Part shown: one piece after another, positions 28,376 to 39,870 of the stretch
Numbering within the stretch: the stretch's first letter is position 1
How the letters are laid out: each line of letters opens with the position of its first letter
From: Desulfobacterales bacterium
Lineage (GTDB): Bacteria; Desulfobacterota; Desulfobacteria; Desulfobacterales; UBA2174
DNA length: 64,000 nucleotides
Direction of reading: 5' to 3'
Assembly (NCBI GenBank): GCA_963668645.2
Contig: CAXXWC010000013.1
Coordinates: 192,001 to 256,000, forward strand
Position numbers and translations under genes: made by a program
Notes under the pieces: generated by a model
The model's database searches: none
Told to the model about the DNA's origin: nothing
What the model saw: only the letters and a program-made list of their open reading frames with translations

Positions 28376-29644
28376 TCAGGCTGCCTTTTCCGACCGCTCC
28401 GACTTACCCATATTGACTCGTACCCGGCCAGTGAGCAGATCATGCATAAGGCCGCTCTTCAAAGAAAACAATTTGTCTTTTTCTGTTTTATATGATCTGA
28501 TTTTGAAAAAGATAGTATCTAGAATTTTACAAATAATATCCTGCTCCGGTGATCTCGGCAGATGAAATTTCAATCGTTTTATATCAGATTGGCTAAGATT
28601 TTTCATGCTGCCGCTACTACCCGTTGCGGCGGTCTCAATTTGCTTTCTGATTAAAGTCCCTTGCATGGCCCAAAAAAGGTATCGTTCATTTGTATAATTG
28701 AGGTCAGGAGTTAAGCGCAAAGTTTTATCGCAAAGCATCACTTTTCCAGATATAGATTCAACGTGCGAAACCAGTCCGACCAAATCGACGGTGTTAGCAC
28801 GTGTAATAAGCAAGTCTCCATGCTTTACTAGAAATTTTTCAGACTTACACAATTTACTCAAAACGACTTTGTTCTCCCTTTCCTTAAACCCATCAGGGTG
28901 GACTGCGCTGACTTTTAAAAGCCCCCATTGGTCACCAGCCGCGGGTATGTCAGGGCAATCATAACTTTTCCCTGCGTCTACAGACCGCAAGCAACTTCCT
29001 ACGGATATTGGTTTCCACTCCTTTGGAATCCATCCAACAGGCGACTCCTTGTATCGCTCGGGGGCTTGTTCGCGGGGCGGGCGCAGGTGACCATTGGCAT
29101 CCACGCCGCGGGTAAACAGATCGTGCATCATCCCTGCCTTGATCTGCTGGTATTTGGCAATGAGAGATTCGGTCTGCTCAATCAGATTTTCTACTTGGTT
29201 CAAAATTTTCGCTATATTTATCTGGCCATATTCATCAGGGCAATTTAATTCTATCTGTCGAAGCTCTGATTGATTTAGCTTCGCCCTCGTACCGCCTTTA
29301 ATATAGGGCATCAGGTTCTTGTGAACCAACGAGAAAAAAATAAAATCCTGATAAAAGTTATCCTTGGCTCTTAGCACGTGCGCATGATTATTTACCCAGC
29401 TTTTCCCTTCTATCCGATAAGCTATAGGCCTTGTCGCATACTCATCAAAGTAACCGCCATCTTCAGCGATTAAAATCAGTGGCTCATCAAACAGATATTT
29501 GTCGACATAGCCTTGAATTCCATTTGCCCCATAATAAGGCACCGATCCAACGATTTCAGATCTTTCAGTTGAGTTAAGAGGTACGCGCATACTATCCAAT
29601 ATATCGCAGCAGTCACCGACTCTATAAGTACAGAAATCACGCAT
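28376..29644 (-). CDS. hsdS: Type I R-M specificity subunit S
   Basis: Two TRDs with conserved helices [13 protein letters not shown] and [12 protein letters not shown]; linker GWIPKEW. Confidence 0.95.
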   Translation of the reverse strand: MRDFCTYRVGDCCDILDSMRVPLNSTERSEIVGSVPYYGANGIQGYVDKYLFDEPLILIAEDGGYFDEYATRPIAYRIEGKSWVNNHAHVLRAKDNFYQDFIFFSLVHKNLMPYIKGGTRAKLNQSELRQIELNCPDEYGQINIAKILNQVENLIEQTESLIAKYQQIKAGMMHDLFTRGVDANGHLRPPREQAPERYKESPVGWIPKEWKPISVGSCLRSVDAGKSYDCPDIPAAGDQWGLLKVSAVHPDGFKERENKVVLSKLCKSEKFLVKHGDLLITRANTVDLVGLVSHVESISGKVMLCDKTLRLTPDLNYTNERYLFWAMQGTLIRKQIETAATGSSGSMKNLSQSDIKRLKFHLPRSPEQDIICKILDTIFFKIRSYKTEKDKLFSLKSGLMHDLLTGRVRVNMGKSERSEKAA

Positions 29645-32306
29645 ACCCCAACTCCTCCAAGAACCCTTTCAACATCATATGCGCCGCATCCCTCTGAGCC
29701 TCGATCTCCCTTGCCGTCACCGCATACTTGTTCCAAAGGTTCTCTATGGCCGCGATGCAAGAACGCTGATCGGCGCGGAGATATGCGCGGTAGGTATCCA
29801 TCAGCAGGCGGTGGAGGCGCTCCAGGATCACGCGCCGGGCCTCGTCGGTTTCGATCTTGGCGCGCGCCGCTGCCACCAGCTCCTCTTTCCGCTTATCCGC
29901 GGCGCGGATGTCGGCCTTGAGCTGTTTGGCCTCGTCTTCCAAGGCCTTGTGGCGGGCCAGCTTTTCGTCGATGCGGGCCGACCGGCCGAAATCGGCGCCG
30001 CCCTGAGTCATGCAGCCCTGGATTTGTTCAATCCGCTCCGAACGGAAACCGACCTCGGCGGCCAGGTCGAGGATGCGCCGGCCGTTCTCGAACCGGGCCT
30101 CTTTCAGGGCCATACCTTCCGTATAGTAGACTTTGTTGTTGTCTCCGAGCAAGCGGCCGGCGGCTTTGATCTCGGCGAACAAATCGGCGCAAAGGGCTTT
30201 TAGTTCCTTCAAGGCGGCCTTCCACTCCCGGTCCAGTTCGCGCTTTTCCTCCTTGAGGGACCGCACCTCATCGGATGGCAGCACGCCGCTGCCGTCCTCG
30301 TCCTCGTAGTCCTCGGCGTCCGCAGCGGCGATCAGGGCCTGCAGTTCAGACAGCCGGGCGCGGTCCTGCACTTGTTTTTCCAGGATTTCCGGGAACTGGC
30401 TGGCCAGGATCTCGTCGTCAGGGATCAACTCCGGCCCCCAGCCGCTGGCGGCGATGGACTTGAGATCCGCCTTGAGCCGTTCGACGTAGTTGGCAAAGGC
30501 GCCGCGCACCTGGTGGGTGTTGAGCAGGCGCTGGTCCTTCAACGAGTCAACGATGCCGGCCAGAAGCGCCCGGCGCAGGGCGTAGACGTTGACCTTTTGC
30601 CCGCCGTTGGGCGCCAGGGACTCGACCAGGGGCAGGTTTGCCTGCCACCAGGACTCCAGGGTCTGCATGAAGGCGTCGTGGCAGGCGCGCACATTCGGGT
30701 CTTCGTTGACCAGGGGCGCGATGTCGCGTTTTTCGCTCAGTTCGGTGGAAAAATCGGCATAGATCGCATCGTGCGGCCGCGGGGTGAAACAGCGGGCCCG
30801 CAGGCCGTTGTAGTTGGCCCAGAAATGAGAAAGGGCTTGGATCTCGGCCACCGGCACCCCGCCGTGTAGATGGGCGCGCACGTCGTGGGGCTCGGGCGGC
30901 GGGGCGTTGTCCACGTAGCGGCGGATGTTGCAGTTGTATTCCTCTGCGGCGATCTCGGCCGCCGGCACGCGGCGGGCGTAGCCGGGCACGTCGCGCATGT
31001 TGCGGTAGGTGTCGACGATCTTGTCGATGTCCTCGGAGCGCAGGAAGTTCTGGGCCTTGCCCTCGCGGTATTCACGGTCGGCGTTGATGAAAAGCACGTG
31101 GTCGCGGGCCTCGGCCCCGGCCTTGTTCATCACCAGGAGGCAGGCCGGGATGCCGGTGCCGTAAAAGAGGTTGGCCGGCAGTCCGATAACCGCTTCCAGC
31201 ACCCCGCGATCGATGAAATGGCGGCGCGCCTCGCGCTCTTCGCCACCGCGAAAGAGCACGCCGTGGGGCATGACGGTGGCCATCTTGCCGTCGGGCCGCA
31301 GCACGGCCAGCATGTGCTGGACAAACATCAGGTCGGCCTTTTTGCCCTTTTCCGGCAAAAAGACGTGAAAGCGGCCGGCAAAGGCCATGTCCTTCTTGAT
31401 GTAGTTCTGGCTGAAGGGCGGGTTGGCCAGTACCCGGTCGAAGCGCTTGAGTTCGTTGGTCTCGTCCTTGTGCAGCGGCTCGCGCAGGGTGTCGCCCTGG
31501 CGGATGTCGGCATGGCCGATGCCGTGGAGCAGCATGTTCATCTTGCAGATCGACCAGGTGGAGCCGATCTTCTCCTGGCCGTAGAGGGCCAGGTCCGAAG
31601 GGTTGCCGCCGCACTCGCGCACGTAGTCGCGTGCCTGGATCAGCATGCCGCCCGAGCCGATGGTCGGGTCGTAGACGCTCATGTGCTCGCGCGGCTCGAC
31701 AATCTCCACGCAGACCCGCACCACCTCGGCCGGGGTGTAGAATTCGCCCGCCTTCTTGCCGGCCGAATCGGCGAACTGCTTGATGAGGTACTCGTAGGCC
31801 GCCCCCAGAAGATCGGGAAACTCGAAATCCTCGTCGCGCAGGGGTATCTTTTCGAAATTCTGCACGAAGTTGGCCAGGGTGTCGTCGTCGAGGCTGCGCT
31901 GGCCGATCTTGCGGTTGAAGTTGATGCCCGAGAGCACGTCCTGGAGCACGTCGATGTTGTCCTCTTCGATGGCCTCCAGGGCTTTGTTGAGCGTGCTGCC
32001 CACGTTGGTCTTGACGTGTTTGATGCTGGACCAGTGGGCCTCGGGACGCACGAAGAAATAAGGCGGGGTGAATTTGTCCTTGTTGCTGAGCTGGGCGGCG
32101 ATGGCCGCCTCGGGCATCCCCTGGGCGCGGTATTCGCGCTCCAGCTCCTCGCAGCGCTGGCCGAACAGGTCGCTGGCGCGCTTCAAGAAAAGCATGCCGA
32201 AGATGTATTCCTTGTACTCGCTGGCATCCATGTTGCCGCGAAGGTCGTCGCAGGCCGTCCAGAGGAGGTGGGCCAGCCGGCCGAGGGTGAGTTTGGTCTT
32301 ATTCAT
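29637..32306 (-). CDS. hsdM: Type I R-M methyltransferase subunit M (m6A type), long C-terminal extension
   Basis: [38 protein letters not shown]. Confidence 0.96.
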   Translation of the reverse strand: MNKTKLTLGRLAHLLWTACDDLRGNMDASEYKEYIFGMLFLKRASDLFGQRCEELEREYRAQGMPEAAIAAQLSNKDKFTPPYFFVRPEAHWSSIKHVKTNVGSTLNKALEAIEEDNIDVLQDVLSGINFNRKIGQRSLDDDTLANFVQNFEKIPLRDEDFEFPDLLGAAYEYLIKQFADSAGKKAGEFYTPAEVVRVCVEIVEPREHMSVYDPTIGSGGMLIQARDYVRECGGNPSDLALYGQEKIGSTWSICKMNMLLHGIGHADIRQGDTLREPLHKDETNELKRFDRVLANPPFSQNYIKKDMAFAGRFHVFLPEKGKKADLMFVQHMLAVLRPDGKMATVMPHGVLFRGGEEREARRHFIDRGVLEAVIGLPANLFYGTGIPACLLVMNKAGAEARDHVLFINADREYREGKAQNFLRSEDIDKIVDTYRNMRDVPGYARRVPAAEIAAEEYNCNIRRYVDNAPPPEPHDVRAHLHGGVPVAEIQALSHFWANYNGLRARCFTPRPHDAIYADFSTELSEKRDIAPLVNEDPNVRACHDAFMQTLESWWQANLPLVESLAPNGGQKVNVYALRRALLAGIVDSLKDQRLLNTHQVRGAFANYVERLKADLKSIAASGWGPELIPDDEILASQFPEILEKQVQDRARLSELQALIAAADAEDYEDEDGSGVLPSDEVRSLKEEKRELDREWKAALKELKALCADLFAEIKAAGRLLGDNNKVYYTEGMALKEARFENGRRILDLAAEVGFRSERIEQIQGCMTQGGADFGRSARIDEKLARHKALEDEAKQLKADIRAADKRKEELVAAARAKIETDEARRVILERLHRLLMDTYRAYLRADQRSCIAAIENLWNKYAVTAREIEAQRDAAHMMLKGFLEELGYA

Positions 32307-32876
32307 ATTTTCAGGAGCATCGCTGTTCGGGTTCGGAAATGATTTTCAGGCCTGTAACGCCTTCAAAGTTATTTTTTAGATCCCAAATATGGCCTCAAGT
32401 CAACGCCGGATTGGCCTGAGATCCCGGCACCCCCCACCCAGCCGAATTCTCTCCCATCCCGCAAGTCACGGCTGGTCACAGAGATCTCACGTCTGAGCGT
32501 TATGGAATGGCCAGGTGCCCATCCGAAACCGCTATCCCAACCCCCTGAATTCTCAAAATGAAGCATTACCGTGGAAGTCACCGGGAAAATCGGGCCCGAG
32601 CCATTCGACCATAGGGCATCAACGATAGGCACAAAAACAGGCAACCACGATACGCCGATCCGGATTGTCATTCGAGTTCAGTCAACCTGAAAGGGAACCT
32701 ACCGATAGAGTCAGTGATGAAGTCGCCTGAGAGGTCGCCGGGAAGGGCGGAAACGAGCATGTCACCGGCCATGTACCGAGCATCTGGTCGGGGTTGGCAT
32801 GCCTATCGAGCGGCTATCGGAGCCATGCCGCCGATCACCTCCAGCACGCCGGAGCAACGGCGCCGGCAGGGCCTCG

Positions 32877-33116
32877 TCAGGGATCACTCAACAACGCCGC
32901 GTATTCCAATCCCGGCCCCACGCAGCGCCAGCCGTTTTGGATGAGCAGGGTTCCGGTGGCTCGGAAGTCCACATCCTGGATGCGCTCGATGACCTCGGGG
33001 GTGCCGCCGGCGTCGAGGCTGAAGGCCACCGCCTGACCAGACTTGGCGATGAGCACGAAACGGTTTCCCGGATAGGAAAACAGGCGCTGGGAAGAAGGAT
33101 CGCGTTTTTGGTCCAT
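32877..33116 (-). CDS. Small hypothetical protein
   Basis: 79-aa ORF with plausible codon usage; no recognised motif. Confidence 0.45.
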   Translation of the reverse strand: MDQKRDPSSQRLFSYPGNRFVLIAKSGQAVAFSLDAGGTPEVIERIQDVDFRATGTLLIQNGWRCVGPGLEYAALLSDP

Positions 33117-33204
33117 AGGTGACCGCCGTTGTGTGAATACCATTGCCAATTGCGCTGTTGGCGCAGTCCTTGCCGTTATGAACCTGGCGCGCCGGGAGGA
33201 GGTA

Positions 33205-33545
33205 TTATTCCGCCGGAAGGTCGAAGGAGTCCTTTCCGGAATCCTGGAACAGCATGATGGGCAAAATCTTGCGAAATTTCAAAAAGTCCTGGTCCCTGGT
33301 GTAGATCGACGCCCCGAGGCGCACGGCGCAGGCGCAGATCAGAAAGTCGGTGTGTGAGCCCTGGATGCCCTGTCTGCGGCAACGGCTGTGAAACTCGGCG
33401 GCGCGGACATAATCTTGGTCGAGGATCGGCTCGTTGGGAAAAAATTCAGCTTGTCACATAGCCGTGCGAACCGTGCCGCCTGCGAATATCCGGACAGCAC
33501 CTCCTGGCGGATTGGTCCCAGCACCACGACAAGCTGGTTTTCCAC
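33205..33545 (-). pseudogene. PIN-domain (VapC-like) toxin remnant
   Basis: GPIRQEVLSG..., frameshift near 33440, then ...DYVRAAEFHSRCRRQGIQGSHTDFLICACA...IYTRDQDF; N-terminus and antitoxin missing. Confidence 0.75.
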
Positions 33546-33722
33546 AAGATTAAGGAAGTGTTGACACGCTAATGTGTGTCGGTTTGTGTGTCAATGGGTA
33601 TCGCCATCCAGCCGCCGCTTTCGTGACGAATTCGTTTCAGATCGAAGAACGTCATAGCCGCATGAAAATGGTTGCAGGCGTGGACCGAAAGTCACTACAA
33701 GGTGACAATATGGAGGAAAACC

Positions 33723-34844
33723 ATGAACCGACGCCTTTTCATCAAACGCGGATTGAGCACTGCGGCGCTGCTGGCCGCCGGCCCGCTGGCGGCCGCGTGC
33801 AGCGGCACGGGCCGCACGGATTTGCGCCTGGAAGCGGAGAACGATCGGCTTCCACATTTGCTCGATGCCGATCGGCTGCGGATTTTGGCTTACGCGGCCC
33901 TGGCCCCCAGCGGTCACAACTCCCAGCCCTGGGCCGTGCGGGCCGTGTCGGCAGACCGGTGGATCGTGTCGGCCGACCCGGCCAGGCGTTTGCCGGCGGT
34001 GGATCCGCAAAACCGCGAAATGCTGCTTTCCATCGGCGCTTTTGCAGAGAACCTGGCCCTTGCCGCCGGTGCGGCCGGATTCGCCTGCGACATCGAGGTG
34101 CTGGCCGAATCTTCTTTCGAACCGGATATCCTGCGCGTCAACCTGGCGCCGGATCGTCCCACCGGCTACCCTGTGGCCCGCCTGGAAAGCCGGCGTACCG
34201 TGAAGCGCGGATTGCGGCCGGAAGCGATCTGCTCCGCAGACCTGGCATTCTTGTCTGCCCCCCTGGGCGACCGGCTCTATTATTTCGCCCGGGAAACGCC
34301 TCATGCCGAATGCCTGCGCGAATGGACGGTGGAAAATTTCCGTCGCCAGAGCCTGCGCGACGAAGCCCAGCGCGAGTTGACCGCCTGGCTGCGCCTGAGC
34401 CGCTCCGAGGCGCAACGTTGCCGGGACGGGCTGACGGTGGAAAGCATGGATATCGGCGGGATCAAGGGCTGGTTCGTGCGGACCTTTGTCGAGCCGGCGG
34501 ATTTTTTGAAACCGGCCTATCGCCGGCAGGGGATCGATCTGACGGCCCGGATGGCCGCCGAAGGCGGCGGCTGGATGGTGATCACCGGTCCGGGAAACTC
34601 GGTGCCCGACCTGATAGAGACCGGCCGGCGCTTCGAGCGCATGGCCCTGCTGGCCCGGGAGCGGGGGATCGCCATCCATCCCATGACGCAGATACTGGAA
34701 GAATCCGAGGGGCGGCGACAATTCGCCGCGGCCCATCCGGCCGGCATCATTCCCCAGTTCGTGCTGCGCGTCGGGTATCTGGATCGCTACCCGCAGCCGG
34801 TAAGCCTGCGCCGGCCGGTGGCCGATTTTGTCAGGGCGATGTGA
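33723..34844 (+). CDS. Tat-exported Acg/nitroreductase-family FMN oxidoreductase
   Basis: MNRRLFIK twin-arginine signal, LAAAC lipobox-like, LAPSGHNSQPW, LPAVDP, SLRRPV. Confidence 0.85.
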   Translation: MNRRLFIKRGLSTAALLAAGPLAAACSGTGRTDLRLEAENDRLPHLLDADRLRILAYAALAPSGHNSQPWAVRAVSADRWIVSADPARRLPAVDPQNREMLLSIGAFAENLALAAGAAGFACDIEVLAESSFEPDILRVNLAPDRPTGYPVARLESRRTVKRGLRPEAICSADLAFLSAPLGDRLYYFARETPHAECLREWTVENFRRQSLRDEAQRELTAWLRLSRSEAQRCRDGLTVESMDIGGIKGWFVRTFVEPADFLKPAYRRQGIDLTARMAAEGGGWMVITGPGNSVPDLIETGRRFERMALLARERGIAIHPMTQILEESEGRRQFAAAHPAGIIPQFVLRVGYLDRYPQPVSLRRPVADFVRAM

Positions 34845-35003
34845 TCGAGGCGTTCTGCAGCTGATTTCCGGATCGCCGTTTCCCGCTCGATGCCTTGTTC
34901 CTGTTTTGCCAGCCTGCCGAAATCGAAATCCAGCGCTTCGGCCTTCCTGGGGAGGCTTGCAGATCTCGGATTCGCCTGGGGCGCTGGGCGGGATGCCTCT
35001 CCA

Positions 35004-35032
35004 TTGACAGCCTCCGGGGCGGGTGATATAAA
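35004..35032 (+). promoter_or_regulatory. sigma70 promoter
   Basis: TTGACA-N17-TATAAA upstream of the 35076 ORF and tatA. Confidence 0.6.
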
Positions 35033-35075
35033 ACAATTTCAATTATTTTCTGGTAGGTTGCACTGGTAGAAGACT

Positions 35076-35489
35076 ATGGCGGATGTTATTTCCATCGTTC
35101 AAAAACGCAAGGCGGTCCAGGATCAGGACGCTGCCCGTATGCGCCGGCGCAAGCTCTATGCCGTGCGCCAGGCCATGCAGTGCAGCCAGTGCCATTTCAA
35201 GTGTGAAAAATGCGGTGCCCAGATCGAAGGCGAACCGGGGGATCGGCCCCAGGGACATACCAGTTTGCGGGTGCCCTATCGTTTTTGCGTCTTTTGCGCC
35301 CAGGACTACGTGGACTATATCGAACGGCTTCAGGGCCGGGGCGACCCTGAATACTACTGGCAAAACGATACCTGGCGGGATGCCTGGGCACGCTGGATCA
35401 GCTACCAGGGCGCGCTGGACTCCTTTGTGAAGTCGCCGGAGTTCGCCCGTCTGATCACCGAGGTGCAAAGTACCCCCAACCAAGACTGA
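35076..35489 (+). CDS. Cys-rich hypothetical protein (putative metal binding)
   Basis: [11 protein letters not shown] and FCVFC motifs. Confidence 0.7.
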   Translation: MADVISIVQKRKAVQDQDAARMRRRKLYAVRQAMQCSQCHFKCEKCGAQIEGEPGDRPQGHTSLRVPYRFCVFCAQDYVDYIERLQGRGDPEYYWQNDTWRDAWARWISYQGALDSFVKSPEFARLITEVQSTPNQD

Positions 35490-35551
35490 AACCCTGGCAG
35501 GCGCGGTGCGGATGCCTGCAGGCCCCTTACGCGGGGAGGAGAATCAAGGCC

Positions 35552-35746
35552 ATGTTTGGAATCGGTATGCCTGAACTGATCATCATCCTGGTGATCATCC
35601 TGATTATTTTCGGAGCGGGAAAACTGCCGGAAATCGGTGCCGGGGTCGGCAAGGCGATCAAGAATTTCAAAAGCGCTTCCATCGAGCCGGAACCTCAGAA
35701 TCCACCTGAAAAGCTCGATGAGCCGGAAAAAAAGGATAAGGCCTGA
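35552..35746 (+). CDS. tatA: Twin-arginine translocase TatA/E
   Basis: [29 protein letters not shown]...GKAIKNFK. Confidence 0.95.
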   Translation: MFGIGMPELIIILVIILIIFGAGKLPEIGAGVGKAIKNFKSASIEPEPQNPPEKLDEPEKKDKA

Positions 35747-35779
35747 TATACGGCTGGCCGCAGCAGGTTTAAAGACGCG

Positions 35780-35808
35780 ACAGGGCGCCGCTGGCAGCGG
35801 CGCCCTGT
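35780..35808. terminator. Hairpin between convergent tatA and ssb
   Basis: ACAGGGCGCCGCTG-G-CAGCGGCGCCCTGT. Confidence 0.6.
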
Positions 35809-35856
35809 TGGCGTATGGATGCGCGAGGGAAGATTGAAAAATCTGCCGCCGGCGGA

Positions 35857-36315
35857 TCAAAAGGGGATGTCATCTTCGCCCGGGCCGTTGTCCCGGGCCG
35901 GACCGGCGATGGGGCCGTAGGTTTCCTCCAGGTTCTGGGCGAAAGCCCCCCCTCCGCCGCCGTTGTCACGGGTATCCCGGCTGCCGAGAAACTGGACTTC
36001 GTTGGCGACGATTTCGGTGGTATAACGCGTGACCCCGGGGTTTTTAGTGTCTTCCCATTTACGGGTCTGGAGGCGGCCTTCGACATACACCTGGCGCCCC
36101 TTGGCCAGATATTCGCCGCAAATTTCCGCCAGTTTGCGGAAGGCCACGACCCGGTGCCATTCGGTCAGTTCCTTTTTTTCGCCGGTGTTTTTGTCCTTCC
36201 ACTCCTGGGAGGTGGCCACCGAAAAATTCACCACCGCCGTACCGTCCGGTGTATAGCGAACCTCCGGGTCCTGGCCAAGGCGGCCGACGATAATCACTTT
36301 GTTGATCCCTGCCAT
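35857..36315 (-). CDS. ssb: Single-stranded DNA-binding protein
   Basis: [18 protein letters not shown]...EWHRVV...DDIPF C-terminus. Confidence 0.97.
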   Translation of the reverse strand: MAGINKVIIVGRLGQDPEVRYTPDGTAVVNFSVATSQEWKDKNTGEKKELTEWHRVVAFRKLAEICGEYLAKGRQVYVEGRLQTRKWEDTKNPGVTRYTTEIVANEVQFLGSRDTRDNGGGGGAFAQNLEETYGPIAGPARDNGPGEDDIPF

Positions 36316-36540
36316 TTTTGCTTCCCCCTGGTACGATCTCGTCTGTGATGGTTGATGGGTGGAATCCAAACAGCGCTGCCGAGCACAGGACGTGTCGCGA
36401 TGGCCACCCGGCCGAATATGCCTTGTGGCATATCGGAATCCCCGTCCGGTGTCAATTGCGGCGGATTCCGGCAAGTTTCCCGGAACCTGATGAATACTTA
36501 TCAAAACATAGGGTTGAACGATTAAGGAGCCTCTATCCGC

Positions 36541-37725
36541 ATGCCGAATCCCCATGCCCTGGAAAAACGCATCCGCCGCCACGTCATCGGCCGGCCCCAT
36601 CCTTTTTTTGTCATGACCGCTCCCGGGCTGGAAGAGACCTGCGCCGCCGAACTCGACCGTCTCCTGCCTGGGGCCCAGGCGCGGGCCGCCGGCGGCGGTG
36701 TATTGTTCAAGGCGCGCCTGGACGAGGCCCAGCAGGCCAATCTGATGCTGCGCACCGCGGGCCGGATTCTCATGCGCATCGCCGGCTTTTCCGCGGTCCA
36801 TTTTTCCCAGCTCGAAAAAGCGCTGGCAGCCGTGGCCTGGGAGCTCTATCTGCACCGCGGCCAGCCGGTCGAGGTGCGGGCCGCAGCGCATAAATCACGC
36901 CTTCACCACACCGAGGCGCTGGCCCAGCGGGTGGAAGCCGCCGTGGCCGAACGCCGCCGGGCCGTTTCTTTTGCAGAAGCCCAAGACCCGGCGGGATCGG
37001 CTGCCCAGATAATCTATGTGCGCGGCGATCACGACCGTTTTACCCTCTCGCTGGATACCAGCGGCATCCTGCTGCACAAGCGGGGCCTGAAGACCGACGT
37101 CGGGCCGGCGCCGATCCGTGAAACCCTGGCTTCGGCCATCCTCTATCAGCTCGGCTATACGGGTGAAGAGCCGTTGATCGACGCCATGTGCGGGGCCGGC
37201 ACCTTTTCCCTGGAGGCGGCCCTGATGGCCTGCCGCATTCCTCCGGGATGGTATCGGCCCTTTGCCTTCCAGGCCTGGCCGGCATTCAAGCCCCGGCGCT
37301 GGGAACATCTGCGGTCAGAATGCGCTCTTCAAATACGCCGGCCGGCCCCGGCTCCCATCGTGGCCAACGATCTGAACGCCGAGGCCTGCCGGCGCCTGGA
37401 ACAGGGGCTGGCGCGATGCGCTCTGGATGAGAGCATCGCGGTGCACTGCCGCGATTTTTTTTCCTTCGGGCCCGGGCAGGTGGCCCCTGAGCCGGGGATC
37501 GTGGTAATCAACCCGCCCTACGGCCGGCGGCTGGGTGCCCGCAGGGAAAGCCACGAATTGTTCGGCCGCGTCTGTCGCCATTTGGAAAAGCACTACCAGG
37601 GCTGGCGCACGGCCCTGATCGTACCGCCGGGGGCCGCTGCTGCGGTGCCGCGCGGCTTGAGTGCGCGGCCCCTGGTTCACGGCGGGCTGCACCTGCGCTT
37701 GTATACCGGCACCATCGGCGGCTGA
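36541..37725 (+). CDS. THUMP-domain RNA methyltransferase (RlmL-like)
   Basis: [37 protein letters not shown]. Confidence 0.88.
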   Translation: MPNPHALEKRIRRHVIGRPHPFFVMTAPGLEETCAAELDRLLPGAQARAAGGGVLFKARLDEAQQANLMLRTAGRILMRIAGFSAVHFSQLEKALAAVAWELYLHRGQPVEVRAAAHKSRLHHTEALAQRVEAAVAERRRAVSFAEAQDPAGSAAQIIYVRGDHDRFTLSLDTSGILLHKRGLKTDVGPAPIRETLASAILYQLGYTGEEPLIDAMCGAGTFSLEAALMACRIPPGWYRPFAFQAWPAFKPRRWEHLRSECALQIRRPAPAPIVANDLNAEACRRLEQGLARCALDESIAVHCRDFFSFGPGQVAPEPGIVVINPPYGRRLGARRESHELFGRVCRHLEKHYQGWRTALIVPPGAAAAVPRGLSARPLVHGGLHLRLYTGTIGG

Positions 37726-37740
37726 CGCGCATCCTCATGG

Positions 37741-38757
37741 TTAGATACGATTATCTTCAACCCCATGGCAGGCCACCTGGGAACCGCGATCAGTGACGGT
37801 GAGCCGGGGGATCTCTTTGCGGCAGCGGTCATCGGCCCAGGGACAGCGGCCGTGAAACACACAGCCCGGCGGCAGGTGGATGGGGGTGGGAACTTCACCG
37901 CTGAGTTTGACATGCCGTTTTCGCCGTTTTCCCAGTATGGGAACGGCGCTGAGTAAAGCCCGGGTATACGGGTGGCGAGGCGAGGCGAAAAGATCGGCCG
38001 TGGCGGCCAGCTCGCACAGCGTGCCCAGATACATTACCGCCACCCTCGTGCTGATGTGTTGAACCACTGAAAGATCATGGGTGATGAACATATAGGTCAG
38101 GCCGCGATGGGACTGGGCGTCCATGAGCAGGTTGAGAATCTGGGCCTGGATCGAAACGTCCAAAGCGCTGACCGGCTCGTCGGCGACGATAAACTCGGGA
38201 TCGACCATCAGGGCCCGCGCGATGCTGATGCGCTGGCGCTGGCCGCCGGAAAACTCGTGGGGATAACGCGAGACCCATTTCGGATCGACGCCGACCTGCT
38301 CCATCACCCGGGCCACGCGCGCCTGGGCCTCGCTATCGGAAATCCCGGGGTTGTGGAAACGCACCGGCTCCTCCAGGGCTTGGCGCACGGTCTTGCGAGG
38401 ATTCAACGATGCGTAAGGATCCTGGAAAATCATCTGCATCCGGGCACGATAGGGGAGCATCTGCCGGGCGTTGAGGCGATCGATACGTTCGCCGCGGTAG
38501 TGGATCTGCCCCCTGGTGGGCGCATAAAGCCCCATGACGGTCCGCGCCAGGGTCGACTTGCCGCAGCCGCTTTCGCCCACCACCGAAAAGGTTTCGCCAG
38601 CGGCGATGGTGAAGCTGACCCCGTTGACCGCCTTGACCGTGGTGCGCACGCGTCTAAGCCGCCCCTCCTCCAGCCGGAGCTGGTCCAACAGGCCTCCGGA
38701 GATGTCGAAATGCTTGACGAGATTGTCGATGGTCAAAAGACCGTTGTCAGGAGTCAT
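37741..38757 (-). CDS. Peptide ABC transporter ATP-binding subunit (DppF/OppF-like)
   Basis: GESGCGKS, FSGGQRQR, DEPVSALD, HPYT, C-terminal Cys motif. Confidence 0.93.
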   Translation of the reverse strand: MTPDNGLLTIDNLVKHFDISGGLLDQLRLEEGRLRRVRTTVKAVNGVSFTIAAGETFSVVGESGCGKSTLARTVMGLYAPTRGQIHYRGERIDRLNARQMLPYRARMQMIFQDPYASLNPRKTVRQALEEPVRFHNPGISDSEAQARVARVMEQVGVDPKWVSRYPHEFSGGQRQRISIARALMVDPEFIVADEPVSALDVSIQAQILNLLMDAQSHRGLTYMFITHDLSVVQHISTRVAVMYLGTLCELAATADLFASPRHPYTRALLSAVPILGKRRKRHVKLSGEVPTPIHLPPGCVFHGRCPWADDRCRKEIPRLTVTDRGSQVACHGVEDNRI

Positions 38758-38828
38758 GGCTCAAGTCTGATGGATTCGTAACCATCCGTATCGCTACGAG
38801 AATACGTCAACCCCACAAGCCTTTATAT

Positions 38829-39791
38829 TTACACCGCGTGGCAGGCCACCTGGCGCCGGTCACCCGCCAGGGACCGCAGCACCGGTACGACCCGGGTGCA
38901 GATCTTTTCGCGAAGCGGACAGCGCGGATGAAAGGCACACCCATCGGGAATCTCGGTCAGGGTCGGCATCATGCCCGGAATCTGGTTAAGCCGGCTGCCG
39001 GGCTGGAGGCTGCCGGGCAGGGCGTGGATCAGCCCCTGGGTATAGGGGTGCCGCGGTGCGGTGACGATGGCTGCGGTGGCACCGGTCTCGACGATCTTAC
39101 CCGCGTACATGACAGCGATTCGCTCTGTCACCTGGCTGACCACTCCAAGATCGTGCGTAATCAGGAGCAGCCCCATCTGCTCAGCCTCGCACAGCTCCAG
39201 CAGCAGGTCCATGATCTCGGCCTGAATGGTCACATCCAGGGCCGTGGTCGGCTCGTCGGCAATGATCAGGGCCGGGTTGGTAAGCAGCGCGATGGCGATA
39301 ACGATCCGCTGGCGCATCCCGCCTGAAAATTCGTGGGGGTATTGGCGCAGCCGTTTTTCCGGGGAGGGGATCTGCACCTTGCGCAGTTTTTCCACGGACA
39401 AGGCTGCGGCCTCGGCCCGGGAGATGGTCCGGTGGGCCTGAAGCGTCTCGATCATCTGGGTGCCGACGGTGAGCACCGGATTGAGGGTCATCATGGGATC
39501 TTGAAAGATCATGCTGATGCGATTGCCACGGATGTGGCGCATGGCCTCGTCGGAAAGTCCGGCCAGGTCGGTGCCGTCAAGCAGGATGCGGCCGCCGGAT
39601 ATGTATCCGGGCTTGCTGATCAGCTTGATGATGGCAAAGCCGGTGACCGATTTTCCGGCCCCGCTTTCTCCTACCAGGCCGAGGCGTTCGCCCTTGTCCA
39701 GGGTAAAGCAGACCCCGTCGATGGCGGTCAACTCCCCGAGGCGCAGGGCGAATTTGACCTCCAGGTTGTCGACTTGCAGCAGATGAGACAT
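38829..39791 (-). CDS. Peptide ABC transporter ATP-binding subunit (DppD/OppD-like)
   Basis: GESGAGKS, FSGGMRQR, DEPTTALD. Confidence 0.93.
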   Translation of the reverse strand: MSHLLQVDNLEVKFALRLGELTAIDGVCFTLDKGERLGLVGESGAGKSVTGFAIIKLISKPGYISGGRILLDGTDLAGLSDEAMRHIRGNRISMIFQDPMMTLNPVLTVGTQMIETLQAHRTISRAEAAALSVEKLRKVQIPSPEKRLRQYPHEFSGGMRQRIVIAIALLTNPALIIADEPTTALDVTIQAEIMDLLLELCEAEQMGLLLITHDLGVVSQVTERIAVMYAGKIVETGATAAIVTAPRHPYTQGLIHALPGSLQPGSRLNQIPGMMPTLTEIPDGCAFHPRCPLREKICTRVVPVLRSLAGDRRQVACHAV

Positions 39792-39870
39792 GGTATGGCC
39801 ACTGTTTGGCGTTAACTGCGGCAACGCGCACCCGGAAAGCCGGCTGCCCGCAACCCTTAAACGGGATACG

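Noticed and set aside
32369..32671. 100-aa ORF upstream of hsdM
   Set aside because: No RBS or motif recognised and atypical composition; may be a gene remnant but cannot be supported
35857..36891. 344-aa ORF ending in SSB
   Set aside because: SSB homology begins at ATG 36315; the extension is antisense to the methyltransferase gene
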